Source: Balanoglossus misakiensis (taxonomy: Eukaryota > Animalia > Hemichordata). From it: a stretch of DNA of 64,000 nt. The notes under the pieces were generated by a model. The model had not been told where the DNA came from. It made no database searches and worked only from the letters and a program-made list of their open reading frames with translations. The DNA lies in NCBI GenBank assembly GCA_040954595.2, contig CM082583.2, forward strand, positions 7,438,849 to 7,502,848. The letters are read 5' to 3'. The position numbers and the translations under genes were made by a program. Shown here one piece after another: positions 25,609 to 39,300 of the stretch (positions are counted from its first letter, which is position 1; every line of letters starts with the position of its first letter).

Positions 25609-27238
25609 TCCGGCGCGATAATTTTTTTACGGCAAAACAGGATAGTTATATCTCCCTGAAGTTCTCGAAAGTATTCACAGCTCACACTGCGTTCAGTCCA
25701 GCTGCGATATCCACCTCGCAGTAATTCACTGCTCTCTCTCTCTCTTTCGGCGTTCTCGAGGCGTGTGATCGAAATCTGCAATACCCCACTCTCAGTAAGC
25801 TCATTTGCGATTGTGTCAATAGAATTGGTATTCAGATCAGCCGACCCTTTTCACCGCAGGCTTGAACAATTGGCAACCGTCATTGTCTCAACGTCAGTGT
25901 CTTCAGCCACTCCCATAACATTTGCCCAGTAACTAGGCTATCTGAATGCATTCAATCCACTGTGATTACGTGTGACATTCATTAAACGACAAATTATGTT
26001 CAAATGCGTTTTATGAGCATGGTTAACTTATTCAATAGTTGTCACGATCCTCTCCAAAGGAACGGGTTGAAGCCAGTATTGCACAATATTTCCGACGGGT
26101 TTTTAAGCCTCGCAATTCATTACAACGCAGTGCGTTAAAGTATTCATTGTTTCCGGAGAACGAAATTCTGACCTATCGTAAAATAGAATGTAAATCTCAC
26201 CATGTCTAGACGTCCAAATCACAATTTTTCAGCTGGTTCAGTATTGATTTCAAATCAAATGACGTATGCTATGTTACTTAAATTATTTTCTTCGACAATG
26301 TCGCTTTTTTAAAAGTGGTAATTTAAGAAGGGGGGATTCTTATCCGAGTTTTTACAGACCTAAATTCTACATATGTTATCCCATTTGATGTAGGTTTTTT
26401 TCTTAATTTCTCCAGAGCCCGTAACTTTCTACAATGACCGTCACCAGGTCAGTGCTATTAGATGTTTATTCTTCCGTTGCGAAAACAAATAATTTAACCA
26501 TGGGATTTGTGTTTGCGTAGTCAACAACTCACATCAACAAAGTCATTCGATTGTGTAAAGGTAAACCAGATGTTTAGAACTTTATGTTATCTGAACCTCT
26601 TTTAAGTTTATAGAGTTCAAACGAAACGGGGATTACGTAGGTGTTTAACAGAAGGTCGAAATGCCTGGTATTTTACTAACGTCAGCATTAAATCCCCCAA
26701 ACGTGCCAACGTTACCGATTTTTCTTTACCGTTTGTGTCTCAAAATTCAAATGAAAACTTTTGCGTACAGAGCTCGCGTGGAAAAATAGAAAGAAACGCT
26801 CATTTTCAAAGAAAAGCAAAAATCTTCAAAAATATAGTGATGCCACATTCATGTTCACTCTGTATTTCGTTTCCAAGTAAAGCTAAAAATTCGTGGCATG
26901 GAGCTTTTGCCATTCTTTATAATATGATGGAAATGACTTTATCTGGAAAGTCTTGCCCCTCGACGACGTTGAGATTTTCAGCCAAAACGTCTTAGCACCA
27001 AAGATTGGCGTATGTGTATTTGCATTCACGTAACACGGTGGCTAAACTCACTTTCGGTGGTCAGCGCTCCCAGACGATTTTTAGCTGTCTTGACATCAGC
27101 AAACTACGGTCAAACTCTTGCAAACAATGCCAGAGATGTGGAAGAATACCAGTCTCCTTTAAATTCACAATGATGTGGAGTTGAGTTTCACAGAGATATG
27201 GAATAAGACCAGCTATCTAGTTACACTTGAATAAGCTG

Positions 27239-27936
27239 TGTTACGTAGGAGAAGTTTGCTGTTGTTTTGTGACCAGGTGTGTTTTCCCTTACTTTCGTAA
27301 TTTGAATATTTGCGTGACCAGGTGTGGTGCATTCATTATTTTCCCCATATCAAAAGCCTGCACGTTGTGTTGCGGCGTAGCTACTAATTTGGACTTGCCC
27401 GTGTGAGCTGTTCTGTTCCTCGCCGGCTTGGAAGATGTGCCTTATTTCCTGATACACTGGTCTTGAAACCGTGCCCAGAAACTGTGCTGTATTTCATGCT
27501 GTCCTGGTCTGGAAATCGCGCCCAGAAGTCGTGCTACCTCATGGGGAATTCTTCCGAAAGCCGTGCCGTCTACTGGGGAATTGTGCCAGAACGCTACTCG
27601 GACTGAACGTCGCTGTTGGGACTGCCGTGGTGCTGGTCGCGTTCGTCGTGCGCTACGGAAGCTTGGACTTTAGTTTTTCATTTCCCACACCTGGTCACAT
27701 TTAAGGTAGTCATTTATTTTACAGTGTTTTCTTCCCAGTGTACAATCTTTTTATATTTACCAATGCTTAGTTGTAGTAATTAAAAGTTTCCATAAGCAAG
27801 GAAATAACGTGTGGTGTGCCTATTGTTGACCGTCTTTGTTGCGTGCTGCTCTGGTTGGTTCACCAAAGCGAGCCATTCAGTAAGTCTATTTGCTCACTGC
27901 CCTGTTTCGGAACTGAACGGCAAGCGTGCCGTAACA
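27239..27936 (+). mobile_element. Probable solo LTR of an LTR retrotransposon (698 bp)
   Basis: Starts TGTTACG and ends CGTAACA (perfect 7-bp inverted termini, TG...CA). Flanks gctg / tctg are a candidate 4-bp TSD with one mismatch. A TATA-like catatcaaaag lies at ~27345 and ATTAAA at ~27779, in the expected order. No gag/pol ORF is adjacent. Confidence 0.6.
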
Positions 27937-28720
27937 TCTGAAAAAAAAGAAAGCCATTTTGGCAAACTACGATAAAAGACATGACGTGTCCGGGGGCACC
28001 ACGAGTAGACCTCGGAGCATTGTATTCCTGCGTGACGTCATGCTTATGAAAGGTTGGCAGGTCGATTCAGAGAGGACACTTTCTCTCTTTTCTCATGTAC
28101 AGATGACGGGATTTCAGTCGTTTGCATTTTATGGTAGTTGTGGTGTTGGTGGGGGGTTCTTTGACGATTTCTTTCCCATTTGTCTGCGATGCCTTTACTT
28201 CAATATTTGAGAATGGTTGCTGATAATTCTTGATAATAAATGTTGTCCACACATCTGGGTCATGGGACAGTTCATGCAGTGCCACCGAAAAGAGAAGAGA
28301 GGCGAAAGTTTTCATACCATTGTTGTTCAGTTGTCTCGTGCAGTAATTTGTTCGATTTGAGGCTAATTTGAATACAACCCAGCGGTGGGAATGGGAATGT
28401 ATCGTGTTGCAGAAAGTCTGACCGTGGGGGATACAATGGTCACTACGTTTAGTGTCAAAACAGCATGTTTCTCCTGTAGAGAATATATCACACTCAGTTG
28501 TTTGCCGCAGTTGCAATTTGCATTAAAAACACAGAAGGTGATTTGTTGTAAATAGGAATGCCAGGAACGTACCTGTGGATCAAAATACACACAAGCAGTA
28601 ATATTCTGGTAGCCGTATTGTCATGACGAAAATAAAAACTCAGCGCGTAGATATTCTTGTAACGCATTGTTTATTGTCAATACTGGAGTGGATCTGGTTT
28701 ATTGGTTAAGAGTGTGTTCC

Positions 28721-28788
28721 TGTTGTTGTTGTTGTTGTTGTTGCTGGTGGTGGTGGTGGTGGTGGTGGTGGTGGTGGTGGTGATGATA

Positions 28789-28853
<65 letters not shown>
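28721..28853. repeat. Compound trinucleotide microsatellite (GTT)n(GGT)n(GAT)n
   Basis: Directly visible run in the intergenic region between B and A. Confidence 0.95.
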
Positions 28854-30302
28854 CTCTCGCCGTTCGTGGTGACCTTCATTTTTTCTTTCGTTTCACTTCT
28901 CGGAGGAACAGGATGGGAACTGCAAGTCATGGCGATACTCTCTCGCTGATGTCATTCATAGTGCGCCCCCATAGGTCACAGGCCAGGCTCCGGTGATATG
29001 TGACTGGCACTATTTGATCCAAAATGACATCCATTGAACGTTTAAAATTCATTCAAATTTTTCAGGAGATAAGAAAACTCTATACGAATGGTTTAAAATT
29101 GTAATCATTTTATTCGCTGCGTACGTATTAGACTAATGTCCTAGTCTGTACATTTCATGAAGACTGTCCGCATTAAATATGTAAATCTAAACCATGACAC
29201 GCCTTACAATAATTTTGGGACTTTGATTTGCGCAGTGATGGGGCCAACGTCATCGTGAATATCTGCAGGTCTGAAAACTTGTATCAGGAAAATTACAACA
29301 ACTTTTCCGTCATAAATGTCAAACCTCGATTTTCATGGTTATATGGGCGAGGAAATTCTGTGGTCTTGGTAACACAGTGACGGAAATGTATAACACACAT
29401 ATGACAAATACAAGAATTTATTTTACAATTATAAAGTTAGATATATACACACAAACTTGCAAATGGTTATTAGGGGACAAGTTCATTCACTTTTCACATT
29501 ATATTCGACGATGCTCAAAAACTGGTGGTTTCCGTTAAACTAGTACATGGTCATGATGCAACACCAAAAGGTGTATCAAAGTAATCTGTTATGTCGATAT
29601 AGAGGATGTGAGTTTGGTTCTCACAACTGTTGTCAGAATGTGTTAGTGAGCAGATCTATCAAAAACTAATCGAAAAATTGTCCAAATTGAGTGACTTTTG
29701 TCTTTCCGAAACTTTCCACACACAACACACAGTACACACTGCAAGGTGAATTTTGATTATGTAAATAAACTGTCTGACAAAGTCGTCTATGGACGGTAAG
29801 CAACTTGCTTGTAAAATTCCGTGTTAATTCATAATAAAAAATAAGTTAACATAATTTTTTTTACAAACTCCGATTTGGTTTAAAGTGGCCAGCGGGCGCC
29901 TCATCATCTTCGAATAGTTCCATCGTCGACGGAACAGAATGAATTTAACAGCTCACAAATTCACAGAAATATACATGTCTACATTAAGCATAAAATCAGA
30001 CTAGTAATACATCAGGTATTCACAATATCAGTTACATCTTGCGGGTATATAAAAATATATGTTCAAAATATTTACAATTACCAATAAAACTACAACAGAA
30101 TTCTTGCACTGTAAAGTGTATTTCGTTTTCCTCGGCACTGCTGGAAATAAAAACCACAATTGCACAACAAATGCACCGCACCTACCAAATGAAACTTTAA
30201 ATAATGGAGACATTCGACGGCAGAAATATTGTCATCCTAGAGGCAACATTTCTGGGTTCGAAGTAAAGTTATGATGTATTCGGTGCTGACTGACCGTGCC
30301 AT

Positions 30303-33300
30303 TTACATGTGATGGGTTGACGTGGTTGCGCTGGCTGCAGAGCTCTGGCGAGATTTCGGTTTCCCGGAGTCTTCCAGAGGCGCCTTCTCGGAAACAACTG
30401 TCACACCGCTGGTCGGTCGCTCCACCGTTGTCCTGTCGGCGTTGGACTTGGTTGACTCCGGGCGTTTTTTCTCTTCAACTTCGGTTGGCGCTTGGTCGGT
30501 TGTCTCGACAGTCAGTGGGGTAGCCGCTTCCGTGTGTTCATCCAGTTCCATCGCGGCGTTGTCGTATTCTCCGTCTTCAATAGTGACTTTGGATGGTTTC
30601 TTTTTCAGTTTTATCACCACGATGATGATGACGACAACGATGGCGACAAAAGCGACCGAACCGATGGTGGCACCTATGATAACCCCGTCGCTTACGTCAT
30701 TGGAGCTTGCTGAAATGAAAATCAATGCTGATTTTTGAGAAAAAGTGAACACTAAATGCCCTTTAACTTAGTCATAATTCACAAGCTTTTTTTATTCACG
30801 TGACTCGACCAAGGAGTCGTCAAAATCGCAATTATGATTATAGTTCTGCAAAAACACCAGTAAATGAGTGCGAAATAAACCGGACTATGTTAAATTCAAT
30901 GACACCGAATAGGAAATGACACTAATATGGTGTTTTCATGTATAAAGGCTTGGCAATATCTCCATCTCCAGTAAGATTGGCCAATGGCCGAGCCCATAAA
31001 CTGAAATGAATTGGATGATGCGTACCTGGTGCCACTATCACTTCCGCCGTAGTTGCTGCTAATGACACTGCTGCGGTACTTTGACCTGTAAACATAAATG
31101 CAGATGTATTAAGTTGTCAGTCAATTCCCCAAGTGGGATTTTTTGATGTGTTAAAGTCTGAATATCACAGGTGCAATTAAAAATGTAAAGGAACTCAATT
31201 GGCATTGTGCAGAAGGTGAAGCCTATATTCCAGCCAGCCAGTCAGTCAGTCAATCAGTTACCAAAATGTAAAGTAGCCTGAGATGTTATATGTATTATGG
31301 AAACTGAACTCATAATATTAGTTTACCTGTAGCGGCTGCATTCGGCGTTGTTGGTAACACTGCAAAATAGAACGGAGCAATTCAAAAATTTAATAACCAT
31401 AAACAAAACAATCATGTAACTAAACACATGACAGATGACAACCAAACAAGTCTGTATGCATTAAATCTGCATTGTTGAAAAATATAATGCACCGACTTGG
31501 CATGTCTGTGTACACTTAACCCTGATATTTTTGTCTCTCACCTGTCGTTGGTATGTCGGAAGAAAATGCACTGAATTCCGACAAGTGGGTCGCGTGACAT
31601 TCAACGGTGGTGCTGTCAATCTCCACAGTGGTGACGCCGTCGGTTGACCATGCGCTTGTGTCTACGTCCCAGTACTTACAGGTGTACACTTTCGTGTTGT
31701 CTGGACTGTTGATGGTCAAGTTCATTTTGATGGGGGTGGTCAGACCGGTGATGTTGAGAGTTTCATCTGGGAGAATCAAAGCAATATTTATTCAGTCAAA
31801 ATACTCAATAAGTCAAACTCAAAGGAATTGAGATACACGGCCACTTTTCAATTGCTTGGTCCAACGGCAGCAACAGAATATGAACAACAGGTAACGACGC
31901 AGCAAACGTGTACTTACCCGATTCGGGATCAGCAAGTTCCACAGTTATAATGTCTGACGCTCGTGAGTTTTTGTCCTCAGTGCTTGTTGATCTGTAATCC
32001 ACACCGGTGTCGTAGTGCTCGGTTTTGATGGTCACACCAGAGCATGTGCCGCTGTCGCAAGTCCAAGCTGCTGTATACCTATGATCGTCGGTGAGAAACA
32101 TGTGAACTCAAGTTATACCATTTACTGCCTTGTCAATCCGACAGAGTTTAGAAAAGTCTATTTGGCCGGAATGTGGCTTGAATGTCCATGGAGATCCGCA
32201 CTGTCTGTCATACAGAATGCTAATCCGCCATTAATGCTGAAATTGGCAACTTACGTATTTTGTAGTTCTGATCCAAAGTCGATGACAGCGCCGCCAGCCG
32301 TCGAGAAGGAATCATCGAGAACGTTCTTCTCCGTGGTGAGCGACACACCCGTTGCCGAAATTTGAGTAGCGCCGCCACCCAAAGTTTGACCCCTGGACAG
32401 TGACTCTAGTAACTTCTCCTGTCCCTGCCTGCAAATTGAGGAGCAAGGACAACATCACAATCACGATTTAAAAATCGAATTAACAGGTAAAGGCCACCAA
32501 TGAGCTTTAACTTTAGACCTCAGTGTGAGACTTACACAAGATTGCATGCAATTCACTGCATATGTACAATTCCGCAGAGCAAAAACCAAGATAAAAATAC
32601 CAAATTACCGGCATTTGTCCAACATGGCCGAGTTCCATGCAGGGTCCAAGCCATCACCGATGGTCTGCAATTGCTCTAACAAGACACGCGCGCTTTCTGA
32701 GTCGATGACGGCTCCGGCGTCGGAGGTATAGATAGTAACGACCTCGTCCATAACATCCAGAAAGTCGTCTGTAACCGAGACGTGCCAGAAATAAAATTAT
32801 TGGCCCCTCAATACTTTGTCATTAATACTAAAGAACAGGCGTTCCAGCGACTTACAATAATCTGACCATGACAACGATTCTACCCAATAATTGCTTGAAT
32901 ATACAGGTATCGTATACTAAGTTCTGTTTTGTCATTAAAATTTGGCAGCTCAGTCATGACCAATATGACTATGCAATGTTACATCAATATAACCAAACTT
33001 CACCTTGACCATCGATGGACATGTCGTCAGTGATGAAATTATTGATCTGGTCGATTAGCAGGCGAGCGTCATCCAGACTGGGAACGGAGCTACTGAGGGC
33101 GTTCTGGATGAGATCGAGTCTGCCTTGCTCTTCAGTCGACGTGGTGGTGGCATATGAACGCTTACGACGAGAGGAAGAGGTCTTGTCTATCAGGAGGTTA
33201 GTGTTCACCAACGCCTCCACGTACGCGCCTACAGAGAAGACACAGCGACAATCGTGAAACCATTTTGACGTGTCATGGTTAATAAGTAAATGTGGACAGT

Positions 33301-36300
33301 ATTTGCTGTTGTACAGGACGATAAAAAGGTAGCAGAATACCAAAAATTGTCTTCACCCTAAAAACATTTCCGTACCTTGATATTCCAGTGGTTCGATCTG
33401 GTTGGTTCTGAAGTCAGTGACTTCACTAGCACTGAACGACACTTTTGCATCGACACCGATCTCTATCGAGAATTCAGAGCAGCTGTTCTTGTCACATACC
33501 TGCAGAGAGAGAATAACAAATGTCAACTAAAAGTTGCAATATAAACGTCTGAAATTACAATCCAATCCAATACATGTATAATGTATAATCTATGGAAGTT
33601 CAAACCAAACCAAATCAATACAGTACAGTACAGTACAGTACAATACAATACTTACTTTAGCAATAAAAGTGTTGTTTGAAGACCCATCTCTGGCCGATTT
33701 TCCGACTCCAGAAGATGACGGATCTGATCCTTTAGTTGTGACTGCTTCCTTATTATTATTGTTGTCTTTGACGCGGAAGATTTGGTAGCTCAGGGGATAT
33801 GCATCCTCGTCCGCGACACAGTTTTCTATCAGGTAGCTTATCTGAACATACGTGAGGAAAGCAAGAGTGGTATAAGCGAATTGCACTGAGATCAGCTTAG
33901 GTATGTCTTATCAAGTCATACCACTGAAGGGCATAGTAAACAATAAGCGGATATGGAAGACAGTGCTCACGACAGTGTAGCTCCAGAGAAGTTAGACTGT
34001 TGTTACCGGAATAGATAGGCCTTACATGACTATGAGTTCAACCACCGATATTATTGCCAACACGACGACACGAAATTTTATTTCTGTTTCGCATTACCTC
34101 TTCCATTTCTGTGTAAGTGGCAGCGCCACCAGCAACCGTGAAGTCGCATGACGTCACGCCAGAGCGAACGCTGAAGGTAACCTTGGAAACACTGGACTGT
34201 CCATCTTGATCTGTAGCTGTCACCTGGACGCTGTAGCTAGTTCCTTTCACCAATTGACCTAAAAGAACAAGGAGAAAATTTAACAAATCATCTTTAAGAA
34301 TGTTTACCAAAAATGACTTGCAACATTTCAAAAATGTCAAAATTATCAATTTTTGCTCTAAAAAAATATTCCACCAACCTGATTCGATGATGACATTTAC
34401 GACAGACCTTGTTCCATCAGGAGAAGCGAGTATCTTCGGCTCAGTCACTAGGCCGCTGGTGTCGCTAAAATCGAAGAATCCGTAACCACTACTGGTGTCC
34501 ACTGACTCGAAAACCACAGAAACTAGGGGTACGGTGTGCTTGACTAAGGCTTGGATCGCTACCGTGTCATCTTGGTTTACTTTGCTATCGTCGCTGTTCT
34601 GCAGTTCAACAGACACCTGGCAAAGATTGAGGTCGTGATTTAATTATCATGCAAATTAAGTCGGTTCCATGATGCACTGATATTTGGATCGTGACGAATT
34701 TTACTCGCATCGTTGGGATCGTGTCCTCGTTTCTTGATGGATAAATCACCAAGCCTTCAAAGAATTACACTTCCTGTGTACCTATTTGTCAACTGGAGAA
34801 TGGTTTCTCACCTGTGGCGGGTTACCGGAGACGGCTGAGATCCTAACACTGGCACTGGCAGATCTGGTGAGTTTGGAGATGGTCAGAGTAAACTCGTATG
34901 TCTTGTCAGCTCCCATACTCATTGCATCGAAGACCAATATGGCGGCGTTGGCGGTCGTTGGAAAAAGTTGTCCTTCTTCGCCAGTCTTGTAGGAATAACA
35001 CGCTGAATTGTCGGTTACCTACGGGGAGAAATGTTTACAAGACAAGGAGATTTTACAAGAAGTTTGATTATTCGCATGTCAAGGCCGAAATTCATCGGAG
35101 ACAGAAAAAGTAGTGAGACTTCAACTTGACTGTACCTGCGTACAAATCCATGAAAAGGTCATGTCCACGGCTACATCGTCAGGATCTACTGAATATGACC
35201 CGTCTATTTCCAGATCGCCGCTGTCTCTACCGACGGTCATCTCTGCGCTACCGCGGATGATGGCGACGAGCGGTGTGCTGACGGTTGTGACTTGGATGGA
35301 GGCGGTTGCCACCTTGGTCGGCTCGCTGCTTTTGTAGACTTGGACGGTGAACGTGATCTCCTCGTCACCTGTGGTGATACGAAAACAGTCATTCGCACGT
35401 AAGTTGGAAAATTTGCTCTGCATCAGCGATTTTGTTTCATTTGTTCATGTGGCTTGAAGATACACCTTAGTTTCAATATCAAACATTCCGACCATGCAGT
35501 GTGCACACCAAATTTGCTTTTGTCAATAAGGGTATACTGATAATACTCTCACCTGGTAAACTGTTAGCGTCGACGTACAGCGTCCTTTTGTACATAGTCT
35601 TCAAGTTCAGTGGAACTTCGGAGTTATCCACAGACCAGGTAAACTCCGTAGTGCCTGGCGGAACACACTCCGAGTAGAAGGTGACCTCTGCGGTTAGGTC
35701 AAAGCTGCGAAAAAAACGATTGAAAATTTAAGTAATGCTGTACGATTACAAATCGGCCATCGGATACCATAGCACCTCCGATTGCAGTTGCAGCGACTGT
35801 AGTAGGAGTTACTAATGAACGTAAAGAGCATCATGATAAACGATATTTTCATGGGTATACATGTACATACCTGTCAGAGACACTTGTCGAAGAAACGTCG
35901 ACACCCTTTGCCACTATCTTGATTTCCGGCAGCGCCAAAGCAGATCGCTCCACGACATAATATGCCACATCACTTTCACTCAGAAAGTTGGTTACAGTCA
36001 GCGAAAAGTTGTATGGTGTGTCTGCGTCTATGAGCGACCCATCGAGTTCCAAATCTGGACCTGAAAAATAGATAAGTGTGTGAAAATGGGGCTGAGAATG
36101 AAATGCACATGTAAATAAGAATGAACTGCTATCACGGTGTGAAAAGGTAACAGAGTGCAAATTGGAATGTCTTACTATCCAGTCCGGAGAGAGCAGACGT
36201 GGCATTGGTGGTATCACCATCACTTTCGACACCCCAGGTGTACGTCATGGTTCTAGCGCCACTGCCGGTCGATCTGCGTCCATTGATGCGGACATCGCCG

Positions 36301-39300
36301 CAGCTTGGGATCTTAGGCGAACCGTCCAGGAGGGCTGTAGGTTGGAGGGCTTGTGCCGGTCCAACCACGGTCACGTTACCACTTGCTTGGCGGGAGTAGT
36401 CCTGTTGGAAGGCTGTCACTGCGCCAGATTTCAGTGTGAGGTCATCGCCTGTTAAAACCAACGAAACAGAATTAACATTGCATGAGCTGACTGCTCTGAT
36501 AATAACAACCAGTCACCTGTCATCATTGCTATGCAAATGAGTTCGTTACAGTGTAAAAATATGCACCCACCTGGTTCGACGAGTGTCGCTGCCTTTCCGA
36601 TGACGATATTCAACGTTGTGGGGTCACGGAAGAAACATTCAGCTCCCACTCCAAGCAGAGCACTGCTGGCGTCATCGAAGATATCACTGCAGGCACTGAA
36701 ACCACTGTATTCTACACCGGCGTCAAATGTGACCGAAATGGCAGCACCTGTAGAGTACACAGGAATGTAAGAAGCCGAGTGTGTTAACAAGAAACCCACG
36801 TTTTTGCTTTAAAGTATTGCCTGCAGTTTGAGACGGTACCGCATAGCTTGCATATCACTTTCACTCGGACAGTAGCCCGTTAACCAAACAGATTGGTTTT
36901 TAATATTCTTGATATGTTAGTTTTCGATTGTCTTTCGAAGTGTTTTGAGAAAACAGTAAATTGTGTTGGACAAACCGGGCTCGCCTAATGAAGGTTGGTT
37001 GTGCTTTGGGTCGTCGTGCACAAAACAGTTTGTACTACATGTATAGAAATTTCGAGTTGGGTTCGATTGCCCTTGCGGCAATTTTAGTGAATGTGACCAG
37101 GTTTGGCGTGATTGTGATACTCATGAGCCCCCCAGGTTGGCTGATGGCGTATTTTACGCGGGATAACTCTTGACAATGGTCACCCTGAGACAAGCGATGC
37201 CCCTTTGAGTGTGAATACCGTCCGCCACACAGCGAACACGTAGGAAACTACAGCTGCCTCGGAGCCATTCCCGCCAAGAGAATGTCTCCAACTCCATGAT
37301 GTATGGCAGGCAAACTACGTCACTGGAATGGTAGAGATGGAAGTCCAAATCCAGTTGATTTATTACTGGAAGATCACAATGGTTATTCTTAACGTCTCGG
37401 TAAACACCTGACCGTTACTTACGCTGAACCAACAAGCCTACACCGCTTTGTATAAATATTGTCCCAACGGCAGAATCGCCGTTAAATAAACACGAATTCC
37501 GTTTCTATAGAATTAACTTATTGATCAGTCACTGTCTTGGAGGTTCAGGCTCGATACTGGGGTACTGTTGGGAGCAAACAGCAGCGGTTACCTAAGAAAC
37601 CACAACCTTCTGCACCGAGTTTTTTTTCCCACGTACCTGTATTAGAGAACTGCGCAGATTCGATAGATGGCGCGACGGAGTACAGAGTAATTTCAATCGG
37701 GTTGGCATTTGTATCACCGAGTCCGGTGTAGCCGTTGATAGACGGCTTGGCTGACACTCTGCAGGAGATAGACGGCATCGGCACGTCAAATTCCATCTCC
37801 TCGTCGGAGATAAACTGGCCAGAAACAGACTCCTGGCCGTCTGTGTAAATACCTGAAAAGAATATTGTGAAATCCTGTAATTGTTACATTTCTGGTGGTA
37901 TCTGTTAGGTGGTTTGCGACGAATTGTGTTGAAATTGTTATTACCGATTTAGGTATCTTGCGAGGTTGTCATGGGTGTTTCCATTCACTAGAAAAAAAGC
38001 TTACTTCCAGGACTAAATGCTTTGAAGACACATCAACTATACTTCTTGGAAAGAGCGTTCTATACATAAATAGACGTTTTGTGTTGATATGCTTACACAA
38101 TATGCAAACATGTGTATAGTACATGTGTCACGTCCCCTTTCAAACCCAACCAAAATATAAACTTCCCTATTTGAGCATTTGCGTACATTTCTAATTTTAT
38201 CCCGTGTTTTCGTATGACATAAATAGCATGAGAAAGATACAGGTGAAACTCAGGGCCGAATATCATAGTTTGGTAAGAGCATCTTCGCAAGACTTCATTG
38301 AACTCAGCAAAGACTATACAATACCACTGGGTCCCCAAATTGAACAATACGAAAGCAAACAACCAACACAGTGCATACTCTTATTCATATTTTACATATC
38401 AGTGATTGAAATTGTCCTGAATATCTTAAAATCCGACCACTCAGTAAAATCTCAAGACGTCCGCATAAATGTGAACGTGCCCGTTGAAGATGACTCGACT
38501 GATCGCGCGCTCAGCAAACACTTAGCACTGTTGAAACACCACATCCCATTATGTCGTCTAACCGTAGGCGTTATTTCCTGTGCTAATTGCTAACCGTGTA
38601 TCGATAAATGGCCTTGATTACATTAACTTTGTTTTCTGTTGTAGCAACTGCACACTGCTTCCTGATTATTTCCCCCACACTATTCCAATGTATATTTAAG
38701 TGGTTGCGTAATATCTTGTCAATTAAACCACGCAATGAAGGTTATCTAAAATGTGAAATATTGAGATTTGTTTACCATTGTAGTTGACAGCTCCCCTTTC
38801 GTTTTATTACCATCTTTAGCTCATGTGTATATGGATTATTCTTGTACTATAAGCTGGTGTTAGTGAATTTCTGGCAGTTAAATTGGACCAATCGTTATAG
38901 CTTGCTGTGGTCGTTTTAATTTTAGTTCACACTTTTCGCCTGTGTATGCAAATTATTATCATTTACTTACTTCCGGATAGCAGCAGAGTTGGTACGGCAA
39001 CCGGTAGGTCCCGGATGTCGCTGAATGCCCCAGCACTCGCGTTGATAATAACGGTGATGTAGTCAACAGAGGTATCGAGGTCTGCTTCTATGGAGGAGAT
39101 GCTGGTGATGTTGAGGTCTGGAAAGGAACATACATGTATCTTGGATTTTATTGTAACGGATTATTCAAAATTCTCATGAGGTCTAATTGCAACAACAAAA
39201 ATAACATCACCACCATCATCATTATCACCATCACCACCAACACCATCATCATCATCGTAACCACCACTACCATCACCACCACCTTTTCGAGAAATACTCC

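Noticed and set aside
28067-28516. 149-aa minus-strand ORF in the B-A spacer, possibly a decayed transposon-borne gene
   Set aside because: No ATG start or convincing catalytic motif; cannot be assigned without a database search.
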